17,662 nt of DNA, taken from NCBI GenBank assembly GCA_964010765.1, contig CAXGMD010000073.1:1-17662 (forward strand), written 5' to 3'. How positions within the stretch are numbered: the stretch's first letter is position 1; each line of letters opens with the position of its first letter. The stretch is from an uncultured bacterium. Its GTDB lineage: Bacteria > SAR324 > NAC60-12. The notes under the pieces were generated by a model. That model was not told the origin of the DNA and ran no database searches. It saw only the letters and a list, made by a program, of their open reading frames with translations. Shown here piece by piece: positions 17,262 through 17,662 of this stretch. The position numbers and the translations under genes were made by a program.

Positions 17262-17662
17262 ATGAATCTCGTTATGCGTTCCCTGCTTGAAGCCCGCTCA
17301 GACTTCCCGATTCTACAAAGGGTGATTCACGGTCACCCGCTGGTGTTCCTCGATAATGCTGCGACGACACAGAAGCCCCACCCTGTCCTGAATGCCCTGC
17401 TGGAATTCTTGACTCACTCCAACGCCAATATCCACCGTGGAGTCTATCAACTCTCAGAGGATGCGTCTGACGCCTATGAAAAGGCGCGTCAAGCGGTTGC
17501 TGACTTTGTTGGTGTGAAGGATAGTCGACGCGTAGTTTTCACCCGAGGTACAACTGAATCTATCAATCTCGTGGCCCAAGCCTGGTTGAGACCTCGTCTT
17601 CAGGCAGGAGATCGGATTGTCCTGACAGAGATGGAACACCATTCCAACCAAATTCCTTGGCA
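17262..17662 (+). CDS. sufS: SufS/CsdA-type (group II) PLP cysteine desulfurase, 5' part, truncated by the window end
   Basis: My translation from ATG 17262 is open to the window end: MNLVMRSLLEARSDFPILQRVIHGHPLVFLDNAATTQKP...NANIHRGVY...VVFTRGTTESINLVA...EMEHHSNQIPW. These are hallmark SufS motifs. Alternative start ATG 17274. Confidence 0.9.
   Translation, partial: MNLVMRSLLEARSDFPILQRVIHGHPLVFLDNAATTQKPHPVLNALLEFLTHSNANIHRGVYQLSEDASDAYEKARQAVADFVGVKDSRRVVFTRGTTESINLVAQAWLRPRLQAGDRIVLTEMEHHSNQIPW

Overview
Bacterial chromosomal window with three modules. (1) A minus-strand MFS transporter (RfnT-like) is divergent from a five-gene branched-chain-amino-acid/urea/amide-type (HAAT; UrtABCDE/LivKHMGF-like) ABC importer. 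The importer is followed by an acetamidase/formamidase-family amidase. Its Tat-exported binding protein carries an unusual ~62-aa insertion. (2) A secreted pentapeptide-repeat protein gene. (3) An aerobic form I Mo-Cu carbon monoxide dehydrogenase cluster: coxM-coxS-coxL (active-site AYRCSFR)-coxD-coxE. After an AT-rich gap holding a perfect FNR-type box come coxG, a MocA-like cytidylyltransferase, an XdhC/CoxF-family gene and a SufS-type cysteine desulfurase that runs off the window end and is absent from the ORF track. The most notable observations are the CoxG tail (linker, trimer-motif coiled coil, amphipathic helix), the possibly separately regulated maturation/quinone-coupling sub-operon with its own desulfurase, a three-way-junction RNA-like element before xdhC, and the amide-uptake system of unknown substrate. 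Family assignments come from motif recognition only; no database searches were run.
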